Below are positions 10,244-19,100 of a DNA stretch of 64,000 bases, in pieces; position 1 is the stretch's first letter; each line of letters opens with the position of its first letter. This DNA comes from an uncultured Acidobacteriota bacterium. Lineage in GTDB: Bacteria > Acidobacteriota > Vicinamibacteria > Vicinamibacterales > JAKQTR01. The stretch covers positions 110,544-174,543 of the forward strand of contig CAWICP010000019.1 of the NCBI GenBank assembly GCA_963834645.1, read 5' to 3'. Position numbers and translations under genes: made by a program. The notes under the pieces are model-generated. The model was given only the letters and a program-made list of their open reading frames with translations. It was not told where the DNA came from and searched no databases.

Positions 10244-10971
10244 ATGTCGCGCATCATCAACTCGTTACGGTCGCTGGCGTCGTACGTGCTGCTCGTGCTG
10301 TACATCGCGCATCGTGGGACCGCCCGCCCTGGCCGTCGCGTTCGTGACCGGGCGGGCCGGCCACGTCCTCACGCTCGGCCGCTTCGGGGCCCGCTCGGTC
10401 CGCAGGCTGCTCGGCATCCGGCTGGACGTGTCGGGGCTGGAGCACGTGGATGGCGACCGGCCGACCCTCTACTGCATGAACCACCGCAGCAACGTGGACG
10501 TGGTGGCGTTCGAGGCGCTCTTTCCCCGCTGCCCGCGGCTTCGCGGGCTCTACAAGGCCGAGATGGGGAAGCTGCCCGTGCTGGGCCGCGCGATGCGGCT
10601 GGTCGGCTTCGTGCCGGTGGACCGCGGAAACCGGGCGAGCGCCATCGCGTCGGTGGACGCCGCCGCGGAGCGGCTGCGGGCCGGCGACTCGTTCCTGATC
10701 GCGCCGGAGGGCACGCGCGCGCGGACCGGCGACCTGCTGCCGTTCAAGAAGGGCGGGTTCGTGATGGCCATCAAGGCCCAGGCGCCCGTCGTCCCGGTGG
10801 CGCTCAGCGGCACGGAGGAGGTGATGCCGCGCGGGCGGTTCTGGGTCCGGCCGGGCGTCGTCCGGATCGACGTCGGCGCGCCGATTCCCACCGCCGGCCT
10901 CACGCTCGACGATCGGGACCAGCTTGATGGCGACGGTGCGCGGGCGCCTGCAGGCGATGCTGCAGGGTTGA
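10244..10971 (+). pseudogene. plsC: 1-acyl-sn-glycerol-3-phosphate acyltransferase (PlsC family); two frame breaks (~10310, ~10926)
   Basis: ATG 10244 opens MSRIINSLRSLASYVLLVLYIA. It continues as IVGPPALAVAFV...LYCMNHRSNVDVVAFEALFP...FVPVDRGNRASA...FLIAPEGTRARTGDLLPFKKGGF (HxxxxD and PEGTR acyltransferase motifs). The last piece is MATVRGRLQAMLQG, stop TGA 10971. Confidence 0.85.
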
Positions 10972-10974
10972 CGT

Positions 10975-11322
10975 CGCGAGCTGCCGGCGGCGTAGCGATT
11001 GCCGAAGTTGTCGTCGTCGGGGTCGTACTGGACGGCGGCCTGGCCGTCGGCCAGGAAGACGAGCGACTGGTGGCTGGGCACCTCGAAGCGGCGCCGGCAC
11101 GTGGGGCACGTCACGAGGTCGTCGGTGCGGATCATGTAGTTGCGCAGCTTGGGGAACTGGGCGCGGTCGCGGTCGTCGGCGCCGGGCGGCAGGCGGTCCT
11201 TCTTGATCCTCGTCACCCAGTGAATCTGGAACTCGTTGCGCCGCTTGCAGTGCGGGCACGTGTAGGTGGCGGGCCGCGTTGCCGTGGGTCTCGACGTAGA
11301 AGTCCCGCTCTTGTAGCGCCAT
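10975..11322 (-). pseudogene. Small zinc-ribbon protein (two CPxC pairs), function unknown; frame break ~11270 and no in-frame stop near the expected 3' end
   Basis: ATG 11322 opens MALQERDFYVETHGNAAR. It continues as PATYTCPHCKRRNEFQIHWVTRIKKDRLPPGADDRDRAQFPKLRNYMIRTDDLVTCPTCRRRFEVPSHQSLVFLADGQAAVQYDPDDDNFGNRYAAGSS. The frame then runs on antisense through plsC to 10257 with implausible sequence, so the 3' end is uncertain. Confidence 0.45.
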
Positions 11323-11386
11323 CCGCGTATCATAGCAGGCGGCGCGCGCGGCGGAATCGAGACGCGCGAGAGTGGCAGGTGGGCTG

Positions 11387-12298
11387 ATGATCCGGATCGG
11401 CATCGATCTTGGCGGCACCAAAATCGAAGGCATCGCGCTCGCGGCGAACGGCGAGGCCCTGGCGGGCCGGCGCGTCCCGACGCCGCGCGACGATTACGGC
11501 GGCACGGTGCGCGCGATCGCCGCGCTGGTCGGCGCGCTCGAGTCGGAGGCGGGCTCGCGCGGGACGGTGGGCATCGGCATGCCCGGCGCCATCTCGCCGG
11601 CGACGGGCCTGGTCAAGAACGCCAACTCCATGTGGCTCATCGGGCAGCCGCTGCAGCAGGACCTCGAGCGCGCCCTGGGCCGGCGCGTGCGGCTGGCCAA
11701 CGACGCCAACTGCTTCGCCCTGTCGGAGGCCTGCGACGGCGCGGGCGCCGGCGCGGAGGTGGTCTTCGGCGTCATCATCGGCACCGGGACCGGCGGCGGC
11801 GTCGTCGTGAGGCGCCAGGTGCTCACGGGGCCCAACGCCGTGGCGGGAGAATGGGGGCACAACCCGCTGCCGTGGCCGGAGCCGGAGGAGACGCCGGGGC
11901 AGGACTGCTACTGCGGCCGGCGGGGGTGCATCGAGACGTTTCTGTCGGGCCCGGGCCTCGCCCGCGATCACGAACGCGTGACCGGCGCGCGGATGAGCAG
12001 CGAGGCCATCGCCGCCCGCGCCGCCGGAGGCGACCCGCACGCCGAGGCGACGCTCCGCCGGTACGACGCGCGGATGGCGCGGGCGCTGGCGAGCATCATC
12101 AACGTGCTCGATCCCGACGTCATCGTGCTCGGCGGCGGGCTGTCCAATCTCGACCGCCTGTATACGGAAGTCCCCGCGCAGTGGGCGAGGTGGGTGTTCT
12201 CGGATCGCGTCGACACGCGGCTGGTCCGGCCTCGCCACGGCGATGCCAGCGGCGTGCGGGGCGCGGCGTGGCTCTGGCCGCTGCCAAATCCCATCTGA
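11387..12298 (+). CDS. mak: ROK-family sugar kinase, Mak-type manno(fructo)kinase
   Basis: The ORF is intact and collinear with my recollection of E. coli Mak. Matching blocks include MIRIGIDLGGTK, PTPRDDY, GIGMPGAISPATGLVKNANS, VRLANDANCFALSEA and AGEWGHNPLPW. Further blocks are CYCGRRGCIETFLSG, NVLDPDVIVLGGGLSN and HGDASGVRGAAWLWP. The ATG 11387 start is chosen by homology; the track start GTG 11372 is possible. Confidence 0.85.
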   Translation: MIRIGIDLGGTKIEGIALAANGEALAGRRVPTPRDDYGGTVRAIAALVGALESEAGSRGTVGIGMPGAISPATGLVKNANSMWLIGQPLQQDLERALGRRVRLANDANCFALSEACDGAGAGAEVVFGVIIGTGTGGGVVVRRQVLTGPNAVAGEWGHNPLPWPEPEETPGQDCYCGRRGCIETFLSGPGLARDHERVTGARMSSEAIAARAAGGDPHAEATLRRYDARMARALASIINVLDPDVIVLGGGLSNLDRLYTEVPAQWARWVFSDRVDTRLVRPRHGDASGVRGAAWLWPLPNPI

Positions 12299-12391
12299 TA
12301 TGCTTGCCGAAACTGTCACCGGCCGTCACCGTCCGCCCCCGGCTGACTCGGTCGACGTGACCACCACGCATCCACTCTCTCCGGGATTGCC

Positions 12392-14176
12392 ATGAATACG
12401 GATCTCGTCATCGGAATGGCCGGCTCGGGCGGCGACGGCATCGTGTCGGCGGGTGAATCGCTGCTGACCGCGGCCGCGCTGCTCGGCTATCACGGCGTGC
12501 TGACCAAGAGCTTCGGCCCCCAGATCCGCGGCGGCGAGTCCAGCTTCCGCCTGCGGCTGTGCACGGAGAAGGTCCTCAACCCGGGCGGGTCGCTCGACAT
12601 CGCCGTCGCCCTGAACTGGGAGGACTTCCTGAAGTTCGGGGCCGAACTGCCCGTCGGCGGCCAGACCACGGTCGTCTACGACAGCAACACCAACGTGGCG
12701 CCCGACAAGCTGCCCCTCGTGGGCGTGACGCCGGCCGAGGTGCTGAGCGTGCCGATCGAACAGATGGCCCGCGAAACCGGCGGAAGCGACCGCGCCAAGA
12801 ACACGGTCGTGCTCGGGCTGATGTCGGGGTGGATGGGCATCGGCCGCGACGAGGTGATCGCCGGCATCCGCAAGCGGCTGTCGAAGAAGGGCGCCGAGAT
12901 CGTCGAGCGGGCCGAGAAGGCGTTTCTCGCCGGCCTCGAGTACGCGCAGCAGCATCCGCTCAAGACCGATCGGATGATGGGGGAGCCGCCCGCAACCGGC
13001 GCGAAGTTCGTCGTCGACGGCAACGACCTCTGCGCGGCGGCGGCCATTGTCGCCGGCTGCGACTTCTTCGGCGGCTACCCGATCACGCCCTCGTCGGAAA
13101 TCATGCACTTCCTCGGCCGCGAAATCTGGAAGTACGGCGGGACGATGCTGCAGGCGGAGGACGAGATTGCCGGCATCGGCGCCGTGGTCGGCGCCTCGTT
13201 CGCCGGCAAGAAGGCGATGACCGCGACGTCCGGGCCGGGCATGTCGCTGAAGACGGAGATGCTCGGCCTGGCCAGCATCGCGGAGCTGCCGCTGGTGTGC
13301 GTGAACGTGCAGCGCGGAGGTCCGTCGACCGGGATCCCGACCAAGGGCGAGCAGTCCGATCTGTTCCAGGCGGTCTTCTCGGCGCACGGCGACGTCATCC
13401 GCCCGGTGCTGGCCGCCGTCAGCGCCGAGGACATGTTCCCGATCACCATCGAGGCGTTCAACCTGGCGGAGTACTACCAGACGCCGGTCATCATCCTGTC
13501 GGACCAGGAGGTCGGGCAGCGCAAGGAAACGGCCGAGCCCATCGACGCGGCCGCCATCAAGCTGGTCGAGCGGCAGAAGCCGACGGGGAAGGAACTCGAG
13601 CAGTACACGCGGTTCCGCTTCACCGAGACGGGCATCAGCCCCATCAGCCATCCCGGCATGAAGGGCGGCAACTACCTGGCCTCCGGCATCGAGCACAACG
13701 AGCAGGGCGCCCCGACCGCCAGCGGCGAGATGCACAGCCGCATGAACGACAAGCGGCTCAGGAAGTTCGATCCGCTGAAGCAGCGGCGGGACCTGTTCAT
13801 CGTGGAAGGCAGCGCCGACGCGCCGCTCGGCCTCATCAGCTGGGGCAGCGTGGCGGGCGTCGCGATCGAGGCCTTCCGGATGGCCGTCAAGCAGGGCCTC
13901 CAGGTGAAGCTGCTGGTCCCGCGGCTGCTGTATCCCGTCGCCGAAGCGGTCTACCAGGAGTTCTTCGCCTCCATCACGCGCGGCCTCGTCGTGGAGCAGA
14001 ACCACCAGAGCCAGTTGTACCGCCTGCTGCGCATGTTCGTCGACGTGCCGCGCGGCATCGAGACCCTCGCGAAGAGCGGATCGAATCCCATCACGCCCCA
14101 GGAAGTCGTCGACCGCCTGCGGCAGATTTCGCTCGCGCTGCAGCGCGACACGCACCAGCAGCCCTCCGAGGGCTAG
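12392..14176 (+). CDS. korA: 2-oxoglutarate/2-oxoacid:ferredoxin oxidoreductase, fused gamma-alpha subunit
   Basis: This is an intact 594-aa ORF. Recognised blocks are GSGGDGIVSAGESL...FGPQIRGGES (gamma part), then GNDLCAAAAIVAGCDFFGGYPITPSSEI and TSGPGMSLKTEMLGLASIAELPLVCVNVQRGGPSTGIPT. Confidence 0.9.
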   Translation: MNTDLVIGMAGSGGDGIVSAGESLLTAAALLGYHGVLTKSFGPQIRGGESSFRLRLCTEKVLNPGGSLDIAVALNWEDFLKFGAELPVGGQTTVVYDSNTNVAPDKLPLVGVTPAEVLSVPIEQMARETGGSDRAKNTVVLGLMSGWMGIGRDEVIAGIRKRLSKKGAEIVERAEKAFLAGLEYAQQHPLKTDRMMGEPPATGAKFVVDGNDLCAAAAIVAGCDFFGGYPITPSSEIMHFLGREIWKYGGTMLQAEDEIAGIGAVVGASFAGKKAMTATSGPGMSLKTEMLGLASIAELPLVCVNVQRGGPSTGIPTKGEQSDLFQAVFSAHGDVIRPVLAAVSAEDMFPITIEAFNLAEYYQTPVIILSDQEVGQRKETAEPIDAAAIKLVERQKPTGKELEQYTRFRFTETGISPISHPGMKGGNYLASGIEHNEQGAPTASGEMHSRMNDKRLRKFDPLKQRRDLFIVEGSADAPLGLISWGSVAGVAIEAFRMAVKQGLQVKLLVPRLLYPVAEAVYQEFFASITRGLVVEQNHQSQLYRLLRMFVDVPRGIETLAKSGSNPITPQEVVDRLRQISLALQRDTHQQPSEG

Positions 14177-14204
14177 GCCCCGGACGCAGGAGAGGACGCG
14201 GGAC

Positions 14205-15090
14205 ATGAGCACGCTGACGGCGAAACCCATCGAGGACTACACCTCGAAGGACTACAAGAGCGACCTGAAGCCCATCTGGTGCCCGGGCTGCGGCGACTTC
14301 GGGGTGGTGCAGGCCATCTATCGCGCGCTGGCCAACATCGGCCGCGCGCCGCACGAGATCGCGTTCATTTCGGGCATCGGCTGCTCGAGCCGCATTCCCG
14401 GCTACACGACGGCGTACGGGTTCAACACCGTCCACGGCCGGTCGCTCCCGATCGCCCAGGGCATCAAGCTGGCCAATCCGGACCTGCTGGTGCTCGTGCG
14501 CGGGCGGCGACGGCGACGGCTTCTCGATTGGCGGCGGCCACGTCGCCCACGCGATCCGCCGCAACATCGACATCACGTACATCGTGATGGACAACCAGAT
14601 TTACGGGCTCACCAAGGGGCAGCTGTCGCCGACCTCGCGCCGGGGGCTCGCGACCGCCTCGTCCGCGCTCGGTTCGATGGAGAGCCCGGTGAACCCGCTG
14701 CTCTACGTCCTCGGATACGGCGCGCAGTTCGTGGCCCAGGGGACGCCGGCCGACATGAGCGGCCTCGCGACGATCATCGAGGAGGGCATCCGGTTCCCCG
14801 GGTTCGCCTTCATCAACGTGCAGTCGCCGTGCGTCACCTACGGGCAGGAAGACCAGATGCTCAAGGCGCAGAAGGCGACCATGCAGACGCTCGAGTCGCT
14901 GGGGCACGATCCCGCCGACCGCCTGGCGGCCATGAACCTGGCGCAGGCGTACGGCGAGAAGCTCTACACGGGCGTGTTCTTCCGGCAGCCCGAGCCGGGC
15001 CCGACCTTCGAGCGCCTCGCGCGCGAGCGCCAGGAGGCGCAGCGGGCCACGGTCTCGAGCCGGGCCGACGTGCTGAACGTGTTCCGCTGA
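14205..15090 (+). pseudogene. korB: 2-oxoacid:ferredoxin oxidoreductase beta (TPP-binding) subunit; one frame break (~14500)
   Basis: The first piece is MSTLTAKPIEDYTSKDYKSDLKPIWCPGCGDFGVVQAIYRALA...GIGCSSRIPGY...LANPDLLVLV (ORF 14205..). It continues as AGGDGDGFSIGGGHVAHAIRRNIDITYIVMDNQIYGLTKGQ...FINVQSPCVTYG (ORF 14584..15090). Confidence 0.85.
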
Positions 15091-15104
15091 AGAAGCCGTA
15101 GTCG

Positions 15105-15512
15105 TCAGTCGGCCATGACGCGACGGAACCAGAGCGAGTAGTGGCGCACGGTGCGCGGAGCGTGCGCGCCGACTGACGCGACAACCAGCGCGCCGATGAG
15201 CAGCGGGACGCGCTGCTCCCACAGGAACGGAACGAGGCACAGCGCGCCGAGTTTCGCGTACACGAACAGCGCACAGACCTGGTGGGCCCAATGGGCGGAC
15301 GGATAGAGCTCGAGCGCGATGAGCGCCCCGCCGGATGCCATCGCCAGCCAGAGCAGCGGCCGGAGCGCCGCCTCCTCCGCGCCGAACACGTGGCCGCCGA
15401 GCAGCGTGCCGGTGGCGGCCAGGTGGATCGTGCGCGCACCGATGTTCCACCACCGGGAGTGGGGAAGGTGGCGTCGCGGGTCCGGGAAGAGCAGCGAGGA
15501 GAGTGTGGCCAT
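15105..15512 (-). CDS. Small integral membrane protein (about 4 TM helices), unknown function
   Basis: This is an intact 135-aa ORF. It has hydrophobic stretches (IHLAATGTLLGGHVF, LLWLAMASGGALIALELY, VCALFVYAKLGALCLVPFLW, LLIGALVVASVGA). I recognise no family motif. Confidence 0.55.
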   Translation of the reverse strand: MATLSSLLFPDPRRHLPHSRWWNIGARTIHLAATGTLLGGHVFGAEEAALRPLLWLAMASGGALIALELYPSAHWAHQVCALFVYAKLGALCLVPFLWEQRVPLLIGALVVASVGAHAPRTVRHYSLWFRRVMAD

Positions 15513-15544
15513 CGGATCCTGCGGGCATTATACCGGGGGCGTTC

Positions 15545-16018
15545 GTGCAGGACGTGGTGATCCGGCGGGCCGCGGGTGACGATACGCGGTGGGCGGCCGG
15601 CCTGATGGCCTCGTCCGATCCGTGGATGACCCTCGGCCGCGGCTTCGACGCCTGCCTCGCGGCCTGCACGTCCACGCTCGATGTGCTCGAGATTGCCGAG
15701 TCCGACGGCGAGCGGTGCGGGCTCGTCCTCGTACGGCCGGCCGGCGTGGCCGGCGCGCCCTACATCGTGTCGATCGCGGTCGCCCCGGCGTTTCGGAGCC
15801 GCGGCATCGGCGCCGCGCTGCTCGACCACGTCGAGCGCGCGTACGCCGGGCGGTCGCGGCACCTGTTCCTCTGCGTGTCCTCCTTCAACCCGCGCGCCCG
15901 GCGATTCTACGAACGGCGAGGGTTCGAGGCCGTCGGCACCCTCAAGGCGTTCCTCATCGACACCGCCGACGAGATCCTGATGCACAAGCGCCTCGCCTCC
16001 GGGGCCAGACCGGCCTGA
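15545..16018 (+). CDS. GNAT-family N-acetyltransferase
   Basis: GTG 15545 opens VQDVVIRRAAGDDTRWAAGLMASSDPW...YIVSIAVAPAFRSRGIGAALLDHVERAY...NPRARRFYERRGFEAVG, which contains the acetyl-CoA-binding motif A (R/QxxGxG/A). The start is chosen by the typical GNAT N-terminus; ATG 15605 is the alternative. Confidence 0.75.
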   Translation: MQDVVIRRAAGDDTRWAAGLMASSDPWMTLGRGFDACLAACTSTLDVLEIAESDGERCGLVLVRPAGVAGAPYIVSIAVAPAFRSRGIGAALLDHVERAYAGRSRHLFLCVSSFNPRARRFYERRGFEAVGTLKAFLIDTADEILMHKRLASGARPA

Positions 16019-16131
16019 TGGGCCGGACCCGGCAGGCGTCAGCCATTGCGGGGCGCTCCGGGGTACAATGCGAAGTTCCCGCCGCGGGCGGGGCGGCCGG
16101 CGGTCCCCGTCGGGCCGCCATCGAGGCATGC

Positions 16132-19100
16132 ATGTCCACTGACTTCCGCCGAGTCGCGATCGTGAACCGCGGCGAACCCGCGATGCGGTTCATTCATGCG
16201 GTCCGCGAATACAACCTGGAGCATCGGAGCGGCATCCGCGTCATCGCCCTGTTCACGGAGCCGGACCGGCACGCCCGGTTCGTGCGCGAGGCCGACGAGG
16301 CCGTCGACCTCGGGCCGTCGACCTACGTGGACGACGCCGACGGGCTGAGGCGCCCGGCGTACCTCGACTACCGGGTCCTCGAGCGGGGCCTGGCCGAGGC
16401 GCAGGCGGATGCGGTCTGGACGGGGTGGGGATTCGTGGCCGAGCGGCCCGAGTTCGCGGAGATGTGCGAGCGCCTGGGCGTGGTCATCATCGGTCCCGAC
16501 AGCGGGTCGATGCGGCGGCTGGGCGACAAGATCTGCGCGAAGCGCCTGGCCGAGCAGGCGGGGATTCCGGTGATTCCGTGGGGCGACGCGCCCGCCGACA
16601 CGCTCGATGCCGCGCTGGCGCAGGCCGAGGCGCTCGGCTACCCGGTGGCGCTCAAGGCGAGCGGGGGAGCCGGCGGCCGCGCGATCCGGCGCGTCACGTC
16701 TCCGGCGGACCTGGAGGCCGCGTATGGCCCGCTCCGGCGCGAGGCGGCGCGCGTCTCGAACGACCGCACGGTGTTCCTCGAGCGGTGGATGGCCGGGATG
16801 CGCCACATCGAGGTGCAGATCCAGGCGGACCGCCACGGGACGATCTGGGCCATCGGGACCAGAGACTGCTCGCTGCAGCGCCGGTTCCAGAAACTCGTGT
16901 CGGAGGCGCCGGCGACAGGCCTCACCGCGAACCTCGAGACGGCGCTCACCGACGCCGCCGTGCGGCTCGTGGCCGCCGCGCAGTACCGGGACCAGGTGAG
17001 CGTCGAGTTCCTCGTGGATCTCTCGGGACGGTTCTATTTCCTGGAGGCGAACACGCGTCTCCAGGTCGAGCACGTCGTCACGGAGCTCACCAGCGGCATC
17101 GATCTGGTGAAGCTCGAGATCGACGTGGCCCGGGGAGGCCGCCTCGCGGCCGTGCCGCCGCCCAGCTCCGGGCATGCCATCGAGGTCCGCCTGAACGCGG
17201 AAGACCCCTACAGCGGATTCGCGGCCTCTCCGGGCGTCGTGACGCTGTTCCGGACGCCGACCGGACCGGGGCTTCGTGTGGACACCGGGATCGCGGAGGG
17301 CAGCTCGATGCCCCCGGAATTCGGATCGATGTTCGCCAAGCTCGCGGCCCGCGGCCACAGCAGGGACGAGGCGCTGGGCCGCCTGAAGCGCGCGCTCGCG
17401 GACAGCGTCCTGGTCGTGTCCGGCGGGCCCGACCAACCGCACGTTCCTCCTGCAGGTGCTGGAGCGGGCGGAGGTGCATCGCGGCATCGTCGACACGGGC
17501 CTGCTCGACAGGCTGACGATCGGCGAGGCCTCGCTGTCGGACCGGCACGCGAAGATCGCGCTGCTCCAGGCCGCCATCGAAGTGTACGAGTCGGAGCATA
17601 CCGAGGAGGTGTCGGCCTTTTTCGCGTCGGCCGCGCGCCTCCGGCCGACCGCTCGCGCCGGCGTCGGACGGCCGGTGGAATTGAGCTATCGCGGACATCG
17701 CTACGAATTGCGCGTGTTCCGCACCGGAGAGGGACGATACCGGATCGCGGCCGGCGCCCAGCGCATCGATGTCGGCGTCGAACGCGACGGTCCGTGCGAG
17801 CGCTGGCTGTCCACCGATGGCCGCCGCTACCGTGTGCTGGCCGCGATGACCGGCTACACGCTGCTCATCGAGGTGGAGGGCATCCCGCACGCGATCTCCC
17901 GCGCCGACGAGGGGGTGGTGCGCGCCGGGTCTCCGGCGGTCGTCGTGTCGGTGCATGTCGAGCCGGGCGATCGGGTGGCGGCCGGCGAGCGGCTCGTGAT
18001 GGTCGAGGCCATGAAGATGGAGACCGCCATCCTCGCGCCCTTCGCCGGCGCGGTCCGCCAGGTGTTCGTGCTGCCGAACAGCCAGGTCAGCCCGGGCGCT
18101 CCGCTGGTCCACCTCGAAGCGGCCGCCGATGGGCCGGCGCGAAAGACCGGGCCCAGGATCGTCTTCGACGGCGCCAGGGCTGTCGCCGCGCGTGACGGAG
18201 GGCGGCCGGTCTCCAGGGGCCGCGCCCTGTTGAAAGGCGTCAAGGCCGGCCTGAAGGAGCTCAAGCGCGCCGCTCCCCAGCCCTCGCTGGACGTCCTGCC
18301 CGTGCTGCGATCGGTGGTCCTCGGGTTCGACCTGGACGCGCCGGAAGTGGATCGCGTGCTCCAGGAGTACGGGCGGCTGATCGAGTCGCTGCCGCCCGAC
18401 GACGCCGACCTGCTCAGCGCCGAAGACGACCTGCTCCGGGTGTTCGTGGACGTGCGGGCGGTGTTCGGCCGCCAGTCCGCGGAGGAGGACGAGGGCGGCC
18501 CGTCGCTCAGTTCGGAGCAGTACCTGTTCAGGTACCTCCGGACGCTCGAATCACAGGGCGCCGATCTGCCGGCGGCGTTCCTCGAGCAGCTCCGGTCGGC
18601 TCTGCAGCACTATCACGTGTCGACGCTCGAGCCGACGCCTGCCCTCCGCGACGCCCTGCTGGCGCTCTTCAAGGGACACCAGCGCAGCGATCTCCAGGTG
18701 CCCGTCGTGCAGGCCGTGCTCGAACGGCGTCTGGCGATGGCGCGCGCGCTGGCTCCGGGCAGCCCGGCGTTTCTCCGGATCATCGAGCGGCTGATCGCCG
18801 CCGTGCAGGGCCGGTTTCCGGATCTCGCCGACCTCGCGCGGGACGTGCATTACCGTTACGTCGAGCAGCCGGAGTTCGAGCGGATGCGCGGAGCGGTGCA
18901 GGTGCGCATGCTCGACCTGCTGGCCCGCCTGGCCTCCAGTCCGGAGGGCCCGGAGGCCGACGCGTGGCGCGCGGAGCTCGTGGCGTGCCCGCAGCCGCTT
19001 CGGACAGGCTTCGCGGCGAGCCTCGAGGGGATGCCCCGGGCGGTCCAGCGTCTGGCCCTCGAGGTGATGATTCGCCGCGATTACCGGTTCCGCCAGCTCG

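Noticed and set aside
16041-16069. TACAAT (16064-16069) upstream of the carboxylase as a -10 box, with TTGCGG (16046-16051) as the -35.
   Set aside because: The spacer is only 12 nt, and no acceptable -35 lies at 16-19 nt. This is too weak to report as a promoter.
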